Shown here: positions 51,221-64,000 of the stretch, piece after piece
How the letters are laid out: each line of letters opens with the position of its first letter
How positions within the stretch are numbered: the first letter of the stretch is position 1
NCBI GenBank assembly: GCA_964016885.1
Contig: OZ024743.1
Location: 353,276,001-353,340,000 of the forward strand
Reading direction: 5' to 3'
Origin: Eledone cirrhosa
Taxonomy: Eukaryota
DNA: 64,000 nt
Translations under genes and position numbers: made by a program
The notes under the pieces: model-generated
Seen by the model: only the letters and a program-made list of their open reading frames with translations
Told to the model about the DNA's origin: nothing
The model's database searches: none

Positions 51221-51689
51221 AAAAATATCTGGCCGACGCAAACTATCATGATTTAATCCCCCCCCCCCTCCCCTTCTATTTATTGATTTTAAAAGAAGTG
51301 CAAGGTCACAAAGATGCTGAAACAATTATTAACTGCAGTGCTTTATTAGTACTTATTAAATCGACTTCAAAAGGAAAAAAGAAAGGCGAAGTCGGATTGG
51401 TTAGGTTTTGATCTCATAACGTAAAGAAATGTAAAGCAACGCATTTTATTTGTCATCCTCCTCCATTGTGGATTGGCAGTATCGGTAGAGGGTCGGACGC
51501 CATGCTTTGACGCATAGAGTTACGGCCCTTGCCATTCTGAGTTCAAATCCCGCCGAGGTTAACTTTGCCTTTCATCCTTACGGGGTCGATAAAATAAAGT
51601 ACCAGTAATGCACTGGGTAATTACTGGCCTTGTGCCTAAAGTAGAAACAATTATCATTTATTAACAAAATAATTTACACTATTTCTCGG

Positions 51690-51910
51690 CAGGTATTGTC
51701 GACAAACTATTTTTTTCAGACTGTGGCGTTCGAGATGTTTGGAGGAGTTGGGCCGCTGACAATGAAGTTCTTGTCATCGTTGGCGGTTCGCCTTGTCGAG
51801 GTATCAGGTGATGCCCGTGATGGGGTGCTTGTTTGTTAAAGCACCTTAGCCTCGCTATCACTCGTGGTAATGCTGCCAGTGCATTGACTTGCCTCAAAAA
51901 GTATTAGAGG
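51690..51910 (+). mobile_element. CRE-like 3' terminal fragment
   Basis: Similar to the reverse complement of 42894-43100 (VAFEMFGGVGP...LSLAITRGNAAS.L.CLK). Confidence 0.8.
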
Positions 51911-52139
51911 CAATCCTTGTGTGTGTGTGACAGTGTTAACTTAATATTCTCTTTCGATGTGTTCATGTGAAATATTTATGTAATTAAGAAATAGAGATAT
52001 GTGTGTATGTGTTGAATTTTGACAGCTATATCATTTGTGTTAGTATATTTGTTTGGGGGAAAATATCGAAATTTCAATTCGGAATATAAATAATTGAAAA
52101 CATTTTTTTTCACCGCCACTGCCTGCTTGTTCAACACTC

Positions 52140-52290
52140 TTTATTAAATTCAAACAAATATTTCGGTAGCAGTATTAGCCAATCACAGTGAATTATTTCT
52201 CTATTACCAACTAGCTGTTCACTGATTGGTTAACAGGATTTTGCTGGGAATATTAAATTTTTCAGTTACAGATGCTTGCTTGAAAAATCA
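52140..52290 (+). promoter_or_regulatory. Putative TPX2 promoter with NF-Y CCAAT boxes and CHR-like sites
   Basis: AGCCAATCA (CCAAT 52179-52183), CTGATTGGT (ATTGG 52225-52229), TTCAAA (reverse CHR, 52149-52154), CTTGAA (CHR variant, 52279-52284) and Inr-like TCAGTT at 52262, all within 270 bp of the ATG. Confidence 0.55.
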
Positions 52291-52411
52291 GTTTGTTTTC
52301 CAATTTTCCATATCGGATATATTCTCCAAAAACAATAATTACCCCTTTAATTCTGGTCTCTCCTCGCAATATTCGAGTTATATATTCTTATATTTTTTTT
52401 AGTATTTAGAA

Positions 52412-52499
52412 ATGGAGCCTAAATGGGAATTTGAATGCCCTCAGTTTGTTGATTTTACTCAAACTTTATCTGATCAGGAAGACTCTGATTCTTGGTTTG
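52412..52499 (+). CDS. TPX2: TPX2 first coding exon, Aurora-A binding motif
   Basis: Reads MEPKWEFECPQFVDFTQTLSDQEDSDSWF, matching the TPX2 N-terminal Y.(Y/F).AP..F.(D/N)F...DSWF motif. Donor G|gtaagt. Confidence 0.92.
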
Positions 52500-53670
52500 G
52501 TAAGTAAAACAATTATTTATTATACAAAAAAATATATAAATGTATTTATTTACATATATATAAATAAATAAATACATTTATATATTTTATATATATATAT
52601 ATATATTGCTATCAATCTTTATTAGCATCGTATAAACTTGACGTGCCGTTTTCACTCATTTAAACTTTTCTTCAGATTATCGTTACGGCACATCTTTTAG
52701 CTGTCAATTAATCTCATATCTACTTATTAACATATTTTTAAAGATACTATTTCAATCCCGTTGAATGTTTTTGGTCTTTCCACCTATTTGAAATTACTTT
52801 TATTGAGAATCTGCGAAGATGAATTTCAAAACTAACCGTTTTTATGTCACATTTTAAATGTTTGTAAAATTGGTTCAAATAATTTTGTAGCTTTATTATC
52901 AATTACAATGGCATTCATATATGTATAAATATGTATATCTATAATTATCTGTTTATCTATAATTGTTTAAATAGTGTGTATGTATACCGTGAGCGTGTGG
53001 TTTGAATTTTTAAAATATTAGATAAATTTTTTTATACAAAGTGAAGAAAAACCCAAAACAAAATTCGATATAAAAAGAAAATATTGAAACTAACATTTAT
53101 TAAAATTAATGAAATCAGTTATTAATGGTAGTTAGTCAACCGCGAACCTTGCTTCATTACAGTTAGTTGAATCTTAATGGTTTGACGGTTACTCGGCATC
53201 TAACCGAGATTTCACTTCAAACAACGCTGTTCATATTGACATAATATTTCAACTCAGGAATGTTTGTTATAATCATGTGAAATGTTTGGAATTATATATT
53301 TGTCCTTTCTTAAATATTCTAATATATATATAAAGTTTTTGAATGAGATAGCTACGTTAAAAGAATCAGTGTTGGTAATGTATTTAATTGAATTTATGAT
53401 TGGGTACAATTATAGTTATGGCTCTTTATGTTCTGAGTTCAAATCCCACCGCGGTTACCATTGCCTTTTATCTTTACGGGATCGATAAAATAAAGTACAC
53501 TTAACGCACTGGGGTCGATTTAATCGATTTCCTTTTTCAAATTGCTGGCCTTGTGCCAAAAGTAGAAACAATTATTGGATACAAATTTAAGTTAATATAT
53601 CAGATACATCATTTGGTATTTTAAATTTCTCTCCTGGTGTATTGAAATATACTGTACCCCTGAAAAAAAG

Positions 53671-54000
53671 TTAGCTGGCTATAACAGGAATATTTTAAAT
53701 CGTGTTTATTTAATCAGGACCAACTAACGGTTAAATACGTATTCCTCTGTTTAAAACTCGTGTGTCTCTAAGAGCAATTAAATGAGAAACATCGGCATAT
53801 TTATCAAGCGAATTTACTATATATATATATATAATCTCGAGAGAGTTAAAAATCAACTGAAGGACCGTAGGTATTTCAAATGTTTTAGGGTTTGGACACG
53901 AGTTTTAAACAGGGGAAACAAACGGAATACGTGTTTAACCGTTAGTCGGTCCCGATTGAACAAATGTACGATTTAAAGGATTCCAGTCATAGCTATCTAA
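53671..54000. repeat. Fold-back element with ~95-bp inverted arms
   Basis: tttaaatcgt...actaacggttaaa.acgtattcc...tgtttaaaactcgtgt mirrored at 53893-54000. Confidence 0.85.
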
Positions 54001-55059
54001 CTTAGGGGAATGTAGCTTTACATTATCTAACGTGCCCTTTCTTAATAGGGGGTAGGGTGTGGTGTGAGGGGAATTTGGCTGTTATTTTTAGCTTCCTCTT
54101 TGGCTCGCCGCAACTGTCCTGCATTTGTCTTCTTAAACTCGATACTTTGAAAAAGATACTGCCTGCAGTAATGTGAAGTAATGGTGAGAATCGGTGTTTT
54201 ACAATCTGGACGAAACCATATTTACTGAAGTAACATGAATTTTTATAACCTTTTTCAAATTGAAAGTTTTTTGTTGCAAACGAAGAGGGTTGTCTTATCA
54301 AGTCCAACTTTCTCATTCGAACATAAGAACAGAATATGCTGCTTTGTTGTAGCATCGTGATGCGAGCTTGGACTCTTTTGTATAAAGCACTTTACTGTTC
54401 AGTTGTAAAGGGATTTACCATACTTCAATTGATGCTAAACTAAAATTGCTGTCGCCAAGGTAGTCACACAAACTAAAAATGGAATGATAAAAAAAAATCT
54501 AGTCTTAAGTGCATAAACATGCACATGGTGTTCTATTCAAACTAATTTAGGTTAATTATTGAATGTATGCCTGGTATGTGGAACTTGAGAAAAATTAAGT
54601 TGTTTCTAATTGTAATAAACAGTACCACCGCTACATACACTTACAACATTCTCCCACCACACCTTCACTTCATAAGTTACACACACACACCTGTTACGAA
54701 GTTGTTTGATTGTCTAAATAAACGTTTAAAAGGGTAAACAAATGCCATCCAAGACAAATGCCAATTCAAGACCTGAGAGTACTTCGTTAAAATATCTTAC
54801 GAATGAAATATGCTGAATCAAAAGACAAGTTTTATATATATTTCCAAAGCTGTTCTGGTGCTGAACTTCATTGTATTTGGTTGTGGCCCTTTACATTTTG
54901 GGTTCAAATCTTGCTGGAGGTTGATAAAGTACCAATCAAGTTCTGGAGCCAGTATGTAATCTGACTATAATTATCCTCTAAATTTGAAGCCATGTGCCTA
55001 TGTAAGATCCAATATTATATAACCAGTCTTTTTCTGTTGAAAATTCTCATGGACTGAGA

Positions 55060-55500
55060 ACTTTCAGAGATACTGTGGCGTGTGTCTAATATATGATCTG
55101 GTCATGTCTATTCCTCCGCAATGAACTAAGGTACACATGAGGGAGATTTTTACATGATTGTTCGGCCTCGTGGACAAGCCGATAAATCTCCTTTGTATCA
55201 CACCCGACTGTCTTTGGGCTAAACAGCAACATTGTTAATAAAGGGACATAAAATATCCCAGCAGCCAAGAAATTTGAGATCTGTATGGTGTGGACGTGGA
55301 TGTTTTCAAGAAACATCTTGACACTCTGCTATCCAGGATCCCAGATGAGCCCACAGCATGGAACGAAGGTAACTTAAGGGCAGCAGAAACGAACTCCTTA
55401 CACCAATAGCCAGCCAACACAGGCTGGATATAAGAATGTGTAGCAACAAGGGTGGTATGCCAGTATGGCCCCAGCTGGATGGCTGGAACAAGTAAAAGAG
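55060..55500 (+). mobile_element. CR1/Jockey-group LINE 3' fragment
   Basis: LRDLYGVDVDVFKKHLDTLLSRIPDEP...AAETNSL C-terminal motif. Confidence 0.6.
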
Positions 55501-55719
55501 AGAGTAAAGAGACTGTTTAGAACATAACTTGTTGAGAGGTTCTTGCATTAAATTATGGTGGAAGGTTTTAATTTAAATATGAAACAATATTTTTGTATCA
55601 TAAAATCAGACAGTTTAGTATCAAGAGTTGAAAATTGTTGCTGTTGCAAGTTCATTTTTGGGTTAACAAAGGGTAGACTGAATTTTTCCTCCTTGTGATA
55701 AAATTTATTTATCTTGCAG

Positions 55720-55872
55720 ATGTTGACCATGAGGCTGATGAAAATGATAGCCCTTTTTTTATGCCTGAAACAGAGAATACTATCATAGCCCAGACAATGC
55801 CAGTTATTGTTAACAAGATTCCACCTCCAGAAAGGGTTGCCATCAATGATGATAGTGGTAAAATGAATAAGG
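55720..55872 (+). CDS. TPX2: TPX2 coding exon 2
   Basis: Acceptor cttgcag|AT completes ...WF-D. Open for 153 bp; donor G|gtaagt; phases 1/1 consistent. Confidence 0.8.
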
Positions 55873-56158
55873 GTAAGTTTTTTTTTTGAAGAGAGAGGGC
55901 ATACACATGTATTTTTGTTTTCTTGCTTGGGTTGGACTAGTTTTTCCCAGTACATTGACTTACCAATCACTTGTCATTAGTATAGATATTCAAATATCAA
56001 AGCTGATACATATCTTTAGGGTGTTTAATTAGTACTAGTGGTGTTGAAAAATGGTTCTTTGAATTCGTGTGTCATGGCTGTTTGTAAAATTATTGGAATA
56101 TGTATACATTTTAAGTGAGGAGTGACAATTGGTTTTAATATACTGAATACATTATTAA

Positions 56159-56520
56159 CCTATTCATTATCATATTTTAAATAAAAGACGCTGCTTGTAA
56201 TTTTTAGCAGGATAAGAGTTCAGCTCTTAAAAAACAATATTTTTCTAAGTACTTTTGTTATTCCACTAGTCTGACCCTCTTGATCTGAGATTGCTCATGG
56301 TTCTATGATACAAAACAGCTTGTTTTAAAACGTTTGTATTTATCTAAAAAAAAACTTCCATCATCAGTTTATATAAGAATGTTTAAGTTATGTTCTAATC
56401 ACCATATAGGAAGATAAAAACTTCAGTTATTTTTTAAATTTCTCCAAATTCTTGATTATTTTTAATGTTATTTGAAAATCGTAGGAAGTATCTATATTTA
56501 GAAATATAATAATGGAAGGG
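56159..56520. mobile_element. piggyBac-like MITE, second family (related sequence at ~23570-24200)
   Basis: TTAA flanks, imperfect TIRs cctattcattatcatatt / aatataataatggaaggg; internal similarity to 23880-24200. Confidence 0.55.
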
Positions 56521-56819
56521 TTAATGCTAGACTTAGGGAGGTGCAAGAATATCAAGATATTTGATGAGGTTAATTTTGTGAAGGTTAGCAATCAAGAAAA
56601 GTGAGGGTAGGAATGAAATTTAGATAGGTTAAATGATGTGAAACTTGGATGTTGGGACAATGAATGAAAAATAAAGGTTTTGAGTGAGATTATGAAAAAA
56701 ATTGTAATAACCAAGTTCAAAGTATCATTAAGTTACATCATTAGAGGGAACAGTTTTGTTGGTAAGGGAAGATTTCTCTATCATGATAGTAAGTGGACGT
56801 TAGCATATGTGGTATCATT

Positions 56820-58100
56820 ATTATCATCATCGTTTAACGTCCATCTTCCACGCTAGCATGGGTTAGATGGGAGTTGTCCCACTTGAGGCAAGGTTAGTCG
56901 GGTGACCGTGTCTCGCTCATATAGGACTATCTGGAAGGTTTTCTACGGCTGGATGCCCTTCCTAACACCAACCACATTTACAGTGTGGAACGGAACTTTT
57001 TACTGTGTTACCTACATGGCCACATTACAGTGTAGACTGTTTTTTTTTGTTGTGACACCTACACGATCTCGATCTCATTATCTCATTTATTTGGACTGGA
57101 TGTTGTGGTCCCAACTTTACAGAGAAAGGGTGTTGGTGGGAGGATAGGGTAGTGGATTGGGGTGTATATTTGGTTAAGAGGTACCTACTGACTAGGTTTC
57201 GTTTTGTACATGGGCAAGGCGGGTCTTCTGTATTACTGTGTAGTGCCAAAGATCTCAGTCCAGTGACATTGTCTTAGAGAGGTGCAAGTGTGTAAGGTCG
57301 GAATTTATCAGATTGCCCCAGGTTTTTCTGGGTCTACCTACTCCGAAACTACCATCAATTTTTTTATACAGCTGTCGTCTTTCATGCGCATCACGTGGCC
57401 TTACCAACGTAATCTTCTCTCGAGTAATCAGCATCTGATCCCTCTTATTCCTCATTTCTCACTTAGTTTATTTATGCTTTGCCGTTCCTTTCCAGTCTGC
57501 GCAGGCCCTCTGCACGCAATGCCATGTAACATCGCTGTTCATATACAGGCATCATACAATCTGCCTTTCATTTTTAGAGAGAAACCTTTTGTGGCCAACA
57601 GCTGTATAAGCTCTCTGAACTTTTTCCATCCCGTTCTGACTCTGACTACTGTACTTTCAGAGCACCTTCCACCACTGCTGATTTTGTCACCCAGGCAACG
57701 GAAAGTGTCCACTATTTCTATAGAACCATCTGGGCAATAGAAGGAGCTAGTATCCTGTGGGCACTTGCTACTTATTGCACCTGAGCATTGGCCACATATA
57801 AAATCTATGTTCTTAGTTAGTTTATCTGTCTGTGATCCCACTACATCTTTTATGTACCCTTAGTTTGCATTTGGGATATAAAATGGAATTTCTGCCTACT
57901 CCTTTCCTACACACTGAGCATGGCCATTTCCCAGAGGGCACCAGTGCCTTATTTTCCTTTCTACAAACTAGAACTTTAGTCTTAGACAAGTTAACTTTAA
58001 GGCCTTTTGATTCTAGGCCATGCTTCCATGTTTGGAATGTCTTCTCTAGTTCAACCATAGATTCAGCTATGAGAGTTAGATCATCTGCATATAGAAGTTA
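56820..58100 (-). mobile_element. Decayed RTE LINE
   Basis: YADD through the PHD-like insert, GRPRKTW, 3' UTR and tail. Confidence 0.92.
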
Positions 58101-58312
58101 GTAAGTGAATTCTGGTCAACAGGTAGTGGAGACAACCATGACATTTTAGTGAATTAAAATTTATACATTATGATGCAGTGGGGAGTCTCTGTTCTTTGCA
58201 GTATGGTGATGTACTCTGAGCCTATTTTACTCTTGTAAGACTTCATAACCAACTCTTGAATGTGTGTTGGATGCTAACTCTATTGGTTATCTTTCATTGC
58301 TTTCCATTGTAG

Positions 58313-58454
58313 GTGGATCCAATAAAAACCAGACTGCTAATAAGCGTTCCCCATTGAACAATCGGTCGAACGTTTGCTCTTCTATAGAAGAATTCTACCT
58401 CAATAAAAAGAACAAACCTAGTAAAATTACTATCGATAAAGAGAATCACACCAA
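58313..58454 (+). CDS. TPX2: TPX2 coding exon 3 (contains KEN box)
   Basis: Branch-like gctaac, pyrimidine tract, tag|GT. Reads GSNKNQ...IDKENHT. Donor AA|gtaagt; phase 1 to 2. Confidence 0.8.
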
Positions 58455-60026
58455 GTAAGTATTTTTGAAGTTTGCCTGAAAGATTCAGTGCATATGTTTC
58501 TCTGATAATCTCTTTAGTAAAAAGGATAAAGATTCCATAACTCCTTGTGGAGTCGTAGTGGCACTGTCATACGGTATGTCTAGGGCTCATTTAAACCTGG
58601 CAGTCCAACCCTCTCCAGGTCTGAACACAGCCAATTTTTTTCTTTATAGGAAGAATTGACCCGAGTACCGGACTGGTACTTTTTTTTAACGACCTCGAAA
58701 GGATGAAAGGTAAAGTCAACTTTGGCGGGATTTGAACTCAGCGCAATGAGGTGGGATGAATACCGTAAAGCAATCTGACGTCTTAACGACTCTGCCAATT
58801 CGCTGCTTATAATCTCATAAATATGAACACCTCATTGAAGCCTTAAATAAATTAAAAAAAACCTTAAGCCCAAGCTCAAACATGAGTCTTTTAGTCATTT
58901 CCTTTCTAAAGAAATGATTAGCTACACAGGCCCCATTACAGGTTTCATACTCTTCTTGGGTTCTTTTATGCCTGGGATGCCCTTCTCGACACTAGCTATT
59001 TTAGTTGCCTGATGATACACAGGGATACAGTGTACCTTTTCTAAACAGGATACACGCAGTATATTATGTCCGAGTTCATTAAAAATAAAAGCTAGGTTTA
59101 AAGCTCCCAGTTTTCATCACCTAGCTGTCCCATGGGACAATAGCATAGTGAAAATAATCATTAAGTACTCGTCAACTTACTAGTCATGGGTTCAATCATT
59201 GGTGTCTCTATATATTAGTTTAAACACAATCCATGCCAGCCTGGAAAAATACATATAATGATGATGATGAAGCGAGCAACATCACAAGTAACTAATACAA
59301 GGACATTCTGGACATGGACAATTAAATGTGAATGATCAAATCTTGTTTGAATAAAAGGTTTGGTTTGAAATTCTGGGGACATTACTGAATATGGAGAGTA
59401 CAATGACTGAAACAGGACTATAGCAACCAAAATATGGACACTAGTCTGAATATATCAGTTTACAATAAATAGCTTTGTTGGTCTGGGTATGGTGGTTGTA
59501 GCTGCTGTTATATTAACCTTTTGTCTGTGAACAAATATTTGAGTGCTGCCTGTCATTGCTGTAAGAGGGAGAACACATTGAAAGTGGAGTGGTTGGAGAA
59601 ATGCCTTACACTGAATAGAGGCAGCCACCATATAGTTGCTCACCTGACTAAAAATAGTAACCAAATCTCCCTCAAAGTGTGCCATACTTCCTTACATATG
59701 CACAAGACATTTGATAATGCAGTCCAAGACATGTCTCTCAAAAGATGGAATGGTTCTTTCTGGGATGGCTTTCATCATAGACCAGCTTGTTCAGGGTTGA
59801 GTGACAAGGCTTTGGGCAGGTACCTTCTTTGCATTGTCTCCATTGAGAGAGAGAGAGTGATCAGATAAGTGGCTAGAGTGAAAGCAGTGAGGGTGGGTCA
59901 GTGTTATGAAATAAGAAGGTAAGAGCAAAATGATATGAGTGGATGAAAGGTGAGTGATAGATGAGTAATAAAAAGATAATGGTAGAAAATAACAATATGG
60001 TCATTTTTTTTCTTTTCTTTTCAAAG

Positions 60027-60425
60027 AAAATTACCAAAATCAAAACCAGTACATCATGATGAATCTGACAAGCCAGAAGGAAATAATTCCCAGGGAAGTC
60101 TTTCTATGGATGCTAATTCCAAACCTGCTTCAGTATGTTCTCCAAATAAAAAGCCCGATCAAAACCCAGCAAACCCCACAGAGAAAAAGTCTGATTCTAC
60201 GACCAAACCACTTAAGAAGCTCCCTGTTTCTTCAAACAAATACAATATGAGACGTTCATTCTCATCAGGAAACATCGAAAAATCGTCTAAACAGAGGTTC
60301 GATATCAGGCGTTCAAATTCCTCAGAGAAACTTGCTGCCAAGAACAGAGGAGGCTTAGATAAAATGGCTTCTTCGAATACAAAGACTTTTTCTGAAGTTC
60401 CCAAGTTAAAAGACAACCTACTCAG
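60027..60425 (+). CDS. TPX2: TPX2 coding exon 4 (basic, low complexity)
   Basis: Long T tract then caaag|A. 399 bp open, in frame with ORF 60106-60543. Donor AG|gtcagt; phase 2/2. Confidence 0.8.
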
Positions 60426-61255
60426 GTCAGTGAAGTTTGTTTTATATATATGTATTACCAATTTCCCTATCATCCTCACAACCACAGTAGGTTTTAAAGA
60501 AGGGATGGATTGTGTTAGAAAGCTGTCTGAATATTTAGGTTGAGCCAAGCTCCAACACTACAACAGTAGTTGAGTGTTTGTTTGGCAGTTTTAACTTAAG
60601 CAATCAGCTACATGGTTTCTTACCTCTTATACTGATTTAATATGTTAATTCTTTTGTTTTATCTTAGAATTAACATGGAGAGTAAGCTGAATGAAAAAGA
60701 TACCAATAATATATTGAACAGACAAGATTAGACATGTTCCTTATTTCACACAATCAATCATAGCTTTAAATTATATCATCATTGCTCTATATGTGTGCAA
60801 CATACATACATATATATATATGTATGTCTCATCACTGTTTAACGTCCATTTTTCCATGCTAGCCTGGGTTAGACGAGTTGTCTTGTGATAAATGCCAGGT
60901 CAGGTGACAATGTCTTTCTCATACAGAACTGATTTGGGCTTGGTTTTTACAGCTCTAGCAAAACTACATTATGGTTGAGTTTGCCTTCTGGGCAGCAGAA
61001 TGCATGACCAAATCAGTGTAGGCATTTTTTTGAGTAGTTGTTGAAGTGAATCAGATAGCTATGATGAATTTTGGTTATCAATGATAACCATCCTCTTGAA
61101 GATAATTTTTAGGAGGAAGAATAGGGTTATGGGTAGTATTTTTTGTCACAAGGTAATAAAATATTACTATATTAAAAGAAATCATCCATTTTTATGGTTC
61201 AACACTAATGAATAACTCTGTTGCAATCAAGATATTTTAATTTATTATATTTTAG

Positions 61256-61526
61256 AACAACCAAAGCGATGACATCTGAGCAAATTGAAGAGCTAAAGAT
61301 GGAGAGGGCGCGAAATAATGCCTTGGCAACCAAAAGATTGGCTGAAGAATCCTTGAAAAAGGTGAAAAACTCAAAAGGGTATCAGCCTGTTACTTCCAAT
61401 AAAAAATTGACAGTTGCAAAAGAGTTTCAGTTCAGCTCAGATAAACGGCTCCGTAGTCGCTCAGTTGATAATGTGAAATCTCCCATCTCAGATTTCACTA
61501 GGATCTTGCGCAAAGGAGACAATCAT
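61256..61526 (+). CDS. TPX2: TPX2 coding exon 5
   Basis: Acceptor ttttag|A. Reads MTSEQIEELKM...KLTVAKEFQFSSDKRLR, similar to vertebrate TPX2 KSTEEQELEK...VTKSVDFHFRTDERIK. Donor CAT|gtgagt. The gene continues beyond the window. Confidence 0.9.
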
Positions 61527-62249
61527 GTGAGTACTGTTTCATCCTCTTTTTCTGATTAAGTTTATATTTTTTTTGCTACTTTTTATCTTTTGGAAGCATC
61601 ATTTTCTTTTGAGTTGATTATATATTGACTTTGGTAATTTATCTGGTAATAATTTTTTTTCTCTGTGGAGCAGCAGAGAAGGCTAGAAAAAACTGAAATG
61701 ACAATGGCTCAGTTGATGAGTAGGGTATTGCTCAGAGAGAAGACAGTGAATTGACGATAATGGCATTAGAGCTAATGAATGAGATAACTGAGTCACATCT
61801 TGAAAAAGGATGAAAATCATGAAGTGTAGAAGGAAGTTGATGTATGAGCTAGATACGGACTAAAGATGGAGGTGGAAATGAAAACCAGAGAGTTAGTGAG
61901 TGGGGTTACAGAGAATAGGGCATAATGGAGAAGCTTGTCATAGAGCCTGCAAGGAAAAATAGTTACATAAATTACACAATATATAAACATTTTGTTCAGT
62001 AGTTTCACTGTCTAGCAAATTTTGCCAATAAGATAATTTGTCAACTCCAAGTTGTAGTAGGTATTTGTTCAAGATATATGATGCATACAAATTAAACACA
62101 AGACCATATGCTGAAGTCACTTTAAACACATACCTTTGTCACATCTAGTCTCTAAGGTTGATAGGACTCTTCAGTTCAAGAACACTGCAATCTCTTTTAG
62201 ATCGAGTATAATGGTCTTTGCTACATTGGTATGAAAGATTGAAAGAACT

Positions 62250-63145
62250 GCTTCTTCACCCACTTATCCCTAGGAGGGTTCCTAGGGTAGAGTCTTCAAA
62301 CACTCCATCCAGCGGGTCCTGTCAGAAGTAACCATCTCCAACTGATCCAGCTGGTTCCCCGAGTGAGACCAGCCGAGTTATCCAACCATCTTGCTCAGGT
62401 GTAAACCCCGAGGTTTACATCTGAGTCTCCTGTTAGTTGGTTTTGTATGTAAAATCTGTCCAGCGACTGTTTAAGGCATTCTAACAACATACCCATAATA
62501 TCAGAGCTGTGAACTTTCAATTTGGAGAGGTAGTGGCTCTAACTTGAGTGGTCTTCTGAGCTCTGCACTCTGTTGAGTAACGTTACTCCAAAGACCCTTC
62601 GAAGGAACCCCATTTCGGCTGCTTGTATTCACGTTCATATTCTTTTGGTCATTACCCAAGATTCATGACCATAAGAAAGGGTTGACATGAATACTGAATT
62701 GAGGATAGCGAGTTTGGCTTTTATACCTCCCTTCTGATTACTGAATGCTGAAGACGGCACATTACTGTACCAGCTCTTGCAATTCTTGGACTTAATTCAG
62801 CTTCCTGCCTTCCATCACTTGTCGACACACCCCAAGATACTTGTAGTTCTCCACCTGCTTCAGTGGAACACCATTCATGTGTAGTGCACTGCGTAGGCTT
62901 CCTTGAGAGGATGTCTGTTTTCACAGTACTGATTTTCATTCCAGCCATGTAGCACTTGGAATCAAACCTATCCAGTGCAAGTCGGAGATCACCTGTCAAG
63001 TTATGTAATCATGTCATCTGCAAATTCCAGCTGACTGATTTTGCACCTGCCAGTTGTGATGCCACTTCCAACCCAGCTGCATGGCAATCCTGTTCATGAA
63101 AATAATGAACAGGAGAGGTGGCAGTATGCACTCTTGGTGAAGTCT
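62250..63145 (-). mobile_element. Degraded RTE-like LINE 3' part (related fragment at 24200-24420)
   Basis: FADD, LALDRF...GMKIS..KT, KYLG, RIARAG.V motifs. Confidence 0.7.
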
Positions 63146-63149
63146 GACT

Positions 63150-64000
63150 CTCATCATCATCGTTTAACATCTATCTTCCATACTAGCATGGGTTTAGACG
63201 GGAATTGTCCCACTTGAGGCAAGATTTGTTGTCTTGCTCGTATAGGAGCTGGATGCCCTTCCTAACACCAACCACGTTTACAGTGTGGACTGGGAGGTTT
63301 TTATCGTGTTACCTACACGGCCACATTACAGCGTGGACTGTGTTTTTTTGTCATGACACCTACATGACATCATTTATTTAGGACTGGATGTTGTAGTACC
63401 AACATAACTTTACAGAGAAAGGGTGATGTAGACGGGGGTGTATTTTTGGTTAAGAGCTGCCTACTGACTGTAGGTTTCGCTTTGTACTTAGGCAAGGTGG
63501 GTCTTCTGTATTACTGCATAGCGCCAAAGATCTCGGTCCAGTGACATTGTCTTGGAGAGGTGTAAGTGTGTAAGGTCGGAATTTATCAAATTGTCCCAGG
63601 TTTTTCTGGGTCTGCCTACTCCGTAGCTTCCATCAATTTTGATCGCCCTACACTTTTTTATACAGCTGTCGTCATTCATGCGCATCACGTGACCATACTA
63701 ACGTAGTCGTCTCTCGAGTAAACAGCATCTGATCCCTCTTATTCCTAATTTCTCACTTCGTTCATTTATGTTTTGCCGTTCACGTATATTGCTATTACAC
63801 ATCCAACGGAGCATGCAAGCTTCGTTCCTCTCCAGTCTGCGCAGATCATCTGCACACAATGCCCATGTCTCACTGCCATGTAATGTTGCTGTTCGTATGC
63901 AGGCATCATACAGTCTGCCTTTCATTTTTAGAGAGAAACCTTTAGCGGCCAATAGTGGTATAAGCTCTCTGAACTTTTTCCATCCCGTTCTGACTCAGGC
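63150..64000 (-). mobile_element. RTE LINE 3' part (runs off window)
   Basis: ORFs 63698-63952 and 63488-63688 match the RTE C-terminus; 3' UTR and tail present. Confidence 0.92.

Overview
Eukaryotic, repeat-rich genomic DNA, most likely an octopod cephalopod (inferred from the repeat types: RTE LINEs with (ATG)n tails plus CORE- and Nin-domain SINEs). Two host genes can be rebuilt exon by exon with canonical GT-AG junctions and consistent phases, arranged head to head. Anamorsin (CIAPIN1/DRE2) is on the minus strand: 5 coding exons at 28918-11544, a possible non-coding first exon near 42034, and a last exon not found in the window. TPX2 is on the plus strand: 5 coding exons at 52412-61526, continuing past the window, with a CCAAT/CHR-type promoter. 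The rest is transposon landscape: a decayed Ty3/gypsy element that retains a complete -1 frameshift signal, a Penelope-like element with a hammerhead ribozyme split by an RTE LINE carrying about 330 bp of foreign 5' sequence, many RTE copies, CRE-like RLE retrotransposon fragments, two mariners, Helitron-like and piggyBac-like non-autonomous elements, SINEs, fold-back repeats and satellites. I found no clearly new biological system. The best leads are the chimeric RTE insertion, the covarying hammerhead motifs, SINE-LINE tail sharing and the PHD-like finger inside the RTE reverse transcriptase. Repeat boundaries are approximate and family names come from motif recognition, not database searches.
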